The position numbers were made by a program, and so were the translations under genes. Positions 61,463-64,000 of a stretch of DNA of 64,000 nt are shown one piece after another (position 1 is the stretch's first letter; every line of letters begins with the position of its first letter). The DNA is from an uncultured Collinsella sp. Lineage in GTDB: Bacteria; Actinomycetota; Coriobacteriia; Coriobacteriales; Coriobacteriaceae. The stretch covers positions 1,005-65,004 of the forward strand of contig CATYJU010000007.1 in assembly GCA_958407995.1 (NCBI GenBank), in the 5' to 3' direction. The notes below the pieces were generated by a model, which saw only the letters and a list, made by a program, of their open reading frames with translations, was not told the DNA's origin and did no database searches.

Positions 61463-62341
61463 CTACACAAGACCCCAGGTCTTGACCTCTTGGTCGAGCC
61501 AGCCATCGGCCAGGCGATCGCAAATCACCTGATCGACCACGGCCGAAAGGTCGCAGCCCTTCTTGGTCGCCACGCCGTAGCCCTGCTCGCCAAACTTGAC
61601 CTCGGGCTGCAGCAGCTCAACGGTCTCGTTCATGTAACCGGCCAGCGTGGAGCGGTCCATGGCAAAGACGTCGATATTGCCGGCGTCGAGCGAACTCTTG
61701 ATGATGGGGTAGCCGCTAAAGGCCCTAAACTCGGGCTTGCAGCTAAAGCCGTTGTCCTTGATCATCTGCTCGATCAGGCCCTGCGTGGTAGCACCCTGGC
61801 TCACACCAATGACCTTGCCGTCCAGGTCCTCAATCGAGGCAAAACCCGAACGCTTCTTGACCATGAGTCCCACGTAGTCGGTGCGGTACGGCGTCGAGAA
61901 ATCCCAACTCTTCTTGCGCTCGTCGGTGATGGTGTAAGTCGCCGCGACCACGTCGAGTTGGCCATTATCGATCAGCGGCCCGCGCGTCTTGGGCGTTACA
62001 TCGGTAAACTCGACTAGCTCCTGGGCGCGAGCATCCTTGTAGCTCACACCAAAGACGGCAGCGGCGATCTGGTAGCACAAATCGACTTCCATGCCCTCAA
62101 AGCGGCCCTTAGCGGTGTCGTAATAGCCATAGCCGGGAACGTCCTTCTTAACGCCGGCATTCAGATGGCCACGCGACTTGATGGCCGCAAGCTTGGACCC
62201 CTTGTCGGAGCCCTCGCCGCTGGTGGAGTTGCCGCAACCGGTAAGCGCAGTCCCCGTCAGCGCGAGCATGCCGGCGCCAGCCAGCTGCAAAAAGCGACGG
62301 CGCGACACGGCCGCCCTCGTCATATCCGTCATGTCCATCAC
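61463..62341 (-). CDS. Amino-acid ABC transporter substrate-binding lipoprotein.
   Basis: It has a Tat-like signal plus lipobox (SRRRFLQLAGAGMLALTGTALTGCGN) followed by a type 3 SBP fold. Confidence 0.85.
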   Translation of the reverse strand: MMDMTDMTRAAVSRRRFLQLAGAGMLALTGTALTGCGNSTSGEGSDKGSKLAAIKSRGHLNAGVKKDVPGYGYYDTAKGRFEGMEVDLCYQIAAAVFGVSYKDARAQELVEFTDVTPKTRGPLIDNGQLDVVAATYTITDERKKSWDFSTPYRTDYVGLMVKKRSGFASIEDLDGKVIGVSQGATTQGLIEQMIKDNGFSCKPEFRAFSGYPIIKSSLDAGNIDVFAMDRSTLAGYMNETVELLQPEVKFGEQGYGVATKKGCDLSAVVDQVICDRLADGWLDQEVKTWGLV

Positions 62342-62346
62342 CGAGC

Positions 62347-63078
62347 CTAGTGCAGAATCTTGGACAGGAACTCGCGGCAGCGCGGGTTCTCGGGGTTATC
62401 GAAGAAGTGCTCGGGCGTGCCCTCCTCCAGAATGCGGCCGTCCTCCATAAAGATGACGCGGTCGGCCACCTGGCGCGCAAAGCCCATCTCGTGCGTCACG
62501 CAGATCATGGTGATATCCTCCTGCGCAAGCTCAATCATAACGTCAAGGACTTCCTGGACCATCTCGGGGTCGAGCGCCGAGGTCGGCTCGTCAAACAGGA
62601 TGATGGGCTGCTTGGTGCACAGGGCACGGGCGATGGCGATGCGCTGTTGCTGACCACCCGAGAGATTCTGCGGATACTCGCCAGCCTTATGAGCCATGCC
62701 GACGCGCTTGAGCGCGGCGATGGCGATCTCGGTCGCCTCCTCCTTGCTCTTCTTTTGCAGCTTGATGGGCGCGAGCGTCAGGTTGCCGAGCACCGTCATG
62801 TTGGGATACAGGTTGAACTGCTGAAACACCATGGAACTATACTTGCGAGCCATCTCCAGGTGATTCTTCTTGGTGAGCGGCGTACCGTCGATGACGACCT
62901 CGCCCGACGTGGGCTCCTCCAGATAATCGACGCAACGGATGAGCGTCGACTTACCCGAACCGGAAGGCCCGATCATTACGAGCTTCTCGCCGCGCTTAAC
63001 GGTGAGATTGATATCTTTGAGCACATGCAGGTCGCCAAAGTACTTGTTGAGATGCTTGATCTCGATCATGTCTGCCAT
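62347..63078 (-). CDS. Amino-acid ABC transporter ATP-binding protein (GlnQ-like).
   Basis: Walker A is GPSGSGKST, the signature is LSGGQQQR and Walker B is ILFDEPT. Confidence 0.92.
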   Translation of the reverse strand: MADMIEIKHLNKYFGDLHVLKDINLTVKRGEKLVMIGPSGSGKSTLIRCVDYLEEPTSGEVVIDGTPLTKKNHLEMARKYSSMVFQQFNLYPNMTVLGNLTLAPIKLQKKSKEEATEIAIAALKRVGMAHKAGEYPQNLSGGQQQRIAIARALCTKQPIILFDEPTSALDPEMVQEVLDVMIELAQEDITMICVTHEMGFARQVADRVIFMEDGRILEEGTPEHFFDNPENPRCREFLSKILH

Positions 63079-63183
63079 GAATGTCCCTTCCCTGCGTTTA
63101 CACGAGTTGCACTATTGTACGGAAAGAACCACGTTTCCGCAGCCCACACTACATTCCCGTAAAGAACCCGCAACCTTCCACCC

Positions 63184-63251
63184 ACTCATTGGGGACAGAC
63201 TTAAATGAGTACCCGCTCATTGGGCACTCATTTAAGTCTGTCCCCAATGAG
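63184..63251. repeat. Family A repeat present as an inverted pair.
   Basis: ACTCATTGGGGACAGACTTAAATGAGT is followed by acccg and then CTCATTGGGCAC TCATTTAAGTCTGTCCCCAATGAG. Confidence 0.8.
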
Positions 63252-63295
63252 CGCCGAAAATAATACAACCGCCCTTGTTGAGCATAAGTCAGCGA

Positions 63296-63394
63296 AAACC
63301 CGTACACGCGAGCAAGGTGACGTGAAATGAAAGGGCGCAGACCTTATGGTCGCGCCCTTGAAATTGAACGTCAGATTGCCGCGTGTACGGGTTT
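63296..63394. repeat. A ~100-bp near-complete palindrome with a central GC hairpin.
   Basis: The outer arms are AAACCCGTACACGC / GCGTGTACGGGTTT (perfect 14 bp). The centre is AGGGCGCAGACC-ttat-GGTCGCGCCCT. Confidence 0.7.
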
Positions 63395-63407
63395 GCAGCG
63401 TCGAGCC

Positions 63408-63435
63408 GTTACGCGGTTTGGTAAAACCGCGTAAC
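63408..63435 (-). terminator. Hairpin directly after the YqeY-like gene (terminator-like, no U-tract).
   Basis: GTTACGCGGTTT-ggta-AAACCGCGTAAC forms a 12-bp perfect stem 3 nt from the stop codon. Confidence 0.45.
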
Positions 63436-63438
63436 AAA

Positions 63439-63888
63439 TTACGCAAGTTTGGCGCCAACGATCTTTGCCGCGGCAGGCTTATCGAAATTGCCACCGGTGG
63501 CCTTGCCGAGTGCTCCCATGACCTGGCCCATCTGCTTCTTGGACGTGGCGCCCAGCTCAGCGATGACCTGCTCGATCAGAGCCTCGAGCTCCTCGCCCGA
63601 AACCTGCGCGGGCAGCAGGCTCTCCAGAATCTTGACCTGCTCGGTCAGGTTGTCGGTACGCTCCTGGTCGGTACCGGCCTTAATGGACATCTCCAGCGTC
63701 TCGCTCGTCTGCTTAATCAGACGCTTGATCATGCTGTTGACGTCTTCCTCGGTCACGTCGCGGCGCTCGTTAACCTCGATATTCTTCACCTCGGCCTTGA
63801 CCTGGCGAATGATAGACAGGCGAACCTTGTCCTTGGCCTTCATGGCCGCAATCATTTCCTTCTGCAGTTCTTCGTTAGTCATCTGCAA
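63439..63888 (-). CDS. GatB/YqeY-domain protein.
   Basis: 149 aa. The sequence includes LQKEMIAAMKAKDKVRLSIIRQVKAEVKNIEV...LPAQVSGEELEALIEQVIAELGATSKKQMGQVMGAL. Confidence 0.85.
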   Translation of the reverse strand: MQMTNEELQKEMIAAMKAKDKVRLSIIRQVKAEVKNIEVNERRDVTEEDVNSMIKRLIKQTSETLEMSIKAGTDQERTDNLTEQVKILESLLPAQVSGEELEALIEQVIAELGATSKKQMGQVMGALGKATGGNFDKPAAAKIVGAKLA

Positions 63889-63936
63889 ATCCTCCTCAAT
63901 AGTGCGGGCGGCACTCGCACGAGCGCCGCCCCATGA

Positions 63937-64000
63937 TTACTCAGTCGTCGACGAATCGTCGGTCGAACTCTTGGTGACGCCCTTCAGGCTGACGTTGTAC
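63937..64000 (-). CDS. 3' end of an unidentified gene running off the window.
   Basis: The open minus-strand frame ends ...NVSLKGVTKSSTDDSSTTE with a TAA stop at 63937-63939. It is too short to identify. Confidence 0.3.
   Translation of the reverse strand, partial: YNVSLKGVTKSSTDDSSTTE

Overview
This is a 64-kb, gene-dense, high-GC bacterial chromosome segment. The gene content suggests an anaerobic Actinomycetota, probably Coriobacteriia; that is inference only. The supporting genes are an Ech-type group 4 [NiFe] hydrogenase, an NfnAB-like oxidoreductase, an OYE/FAD reductase and an NRAMP-related Mg2+ transporter. Long Arg/Gly/His-rich ORFs antisense to real genes are also abundant, as expected at this GC. 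Core content by region: (1) 0-8 kb holds a cluster of Mg2+-related membrane proteins (an NRMT-type NRAMP, a PRC/MgtE_N/CBS protein and a CorB/CNNM protein). (2) 11-20 kb holds two ABC exporter modules with a DesK/LuxR-type two-component system. (3) 21-27 kb holds a compact 5-gene Ech-like hydrogenase. (4) 42-64 kb holds housekeeping genes: coaX, a biotin-ligase-like gene, a FolP-FolK fusion, a Sir2 deacylase, exonuclease III, an ECF transporter, glmU, prs, pth, NfnAB-like genes, an amino-acid ABC importer and a YqeY-like gene. The accessory highlight is an ~11.5-kb island (30344-41911) bounded by a perfect 51-bp direct repeat of the 3' end of an initiator-type tRNA-Met. The island carries a frameshifted tyrosine integrase, an ORF6N/PLD-like protein and a translationally coupled TIR-like + caspase-like gene pair. 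That pair is the best candidate for a novel or very recently described anti-phage system (Thoeris type IV-like). The island also carries IS debris and an alpha-glucoside PTS/GH4/RpiR module. The intergenic DNA is unusually rich in palindromic repeat families. These include a 29-bp TCATTGGGGAC hairpin family that supplies stop codons to two genes, ~155-165-bp MITE-like palindromes with a central terminator-like hairpin, and 81-bp-period tandem arrays of a 55-bp ATCTGTAACAG hairpin. Two ~205-bp TIR-bounded elements also bracket a DUF559-like gene inserted between prs and pth. No rRNA genes, CRISPR arrays or cas genes were seen. All domain calls come from reading the translated sequences by eye; no searches were run.
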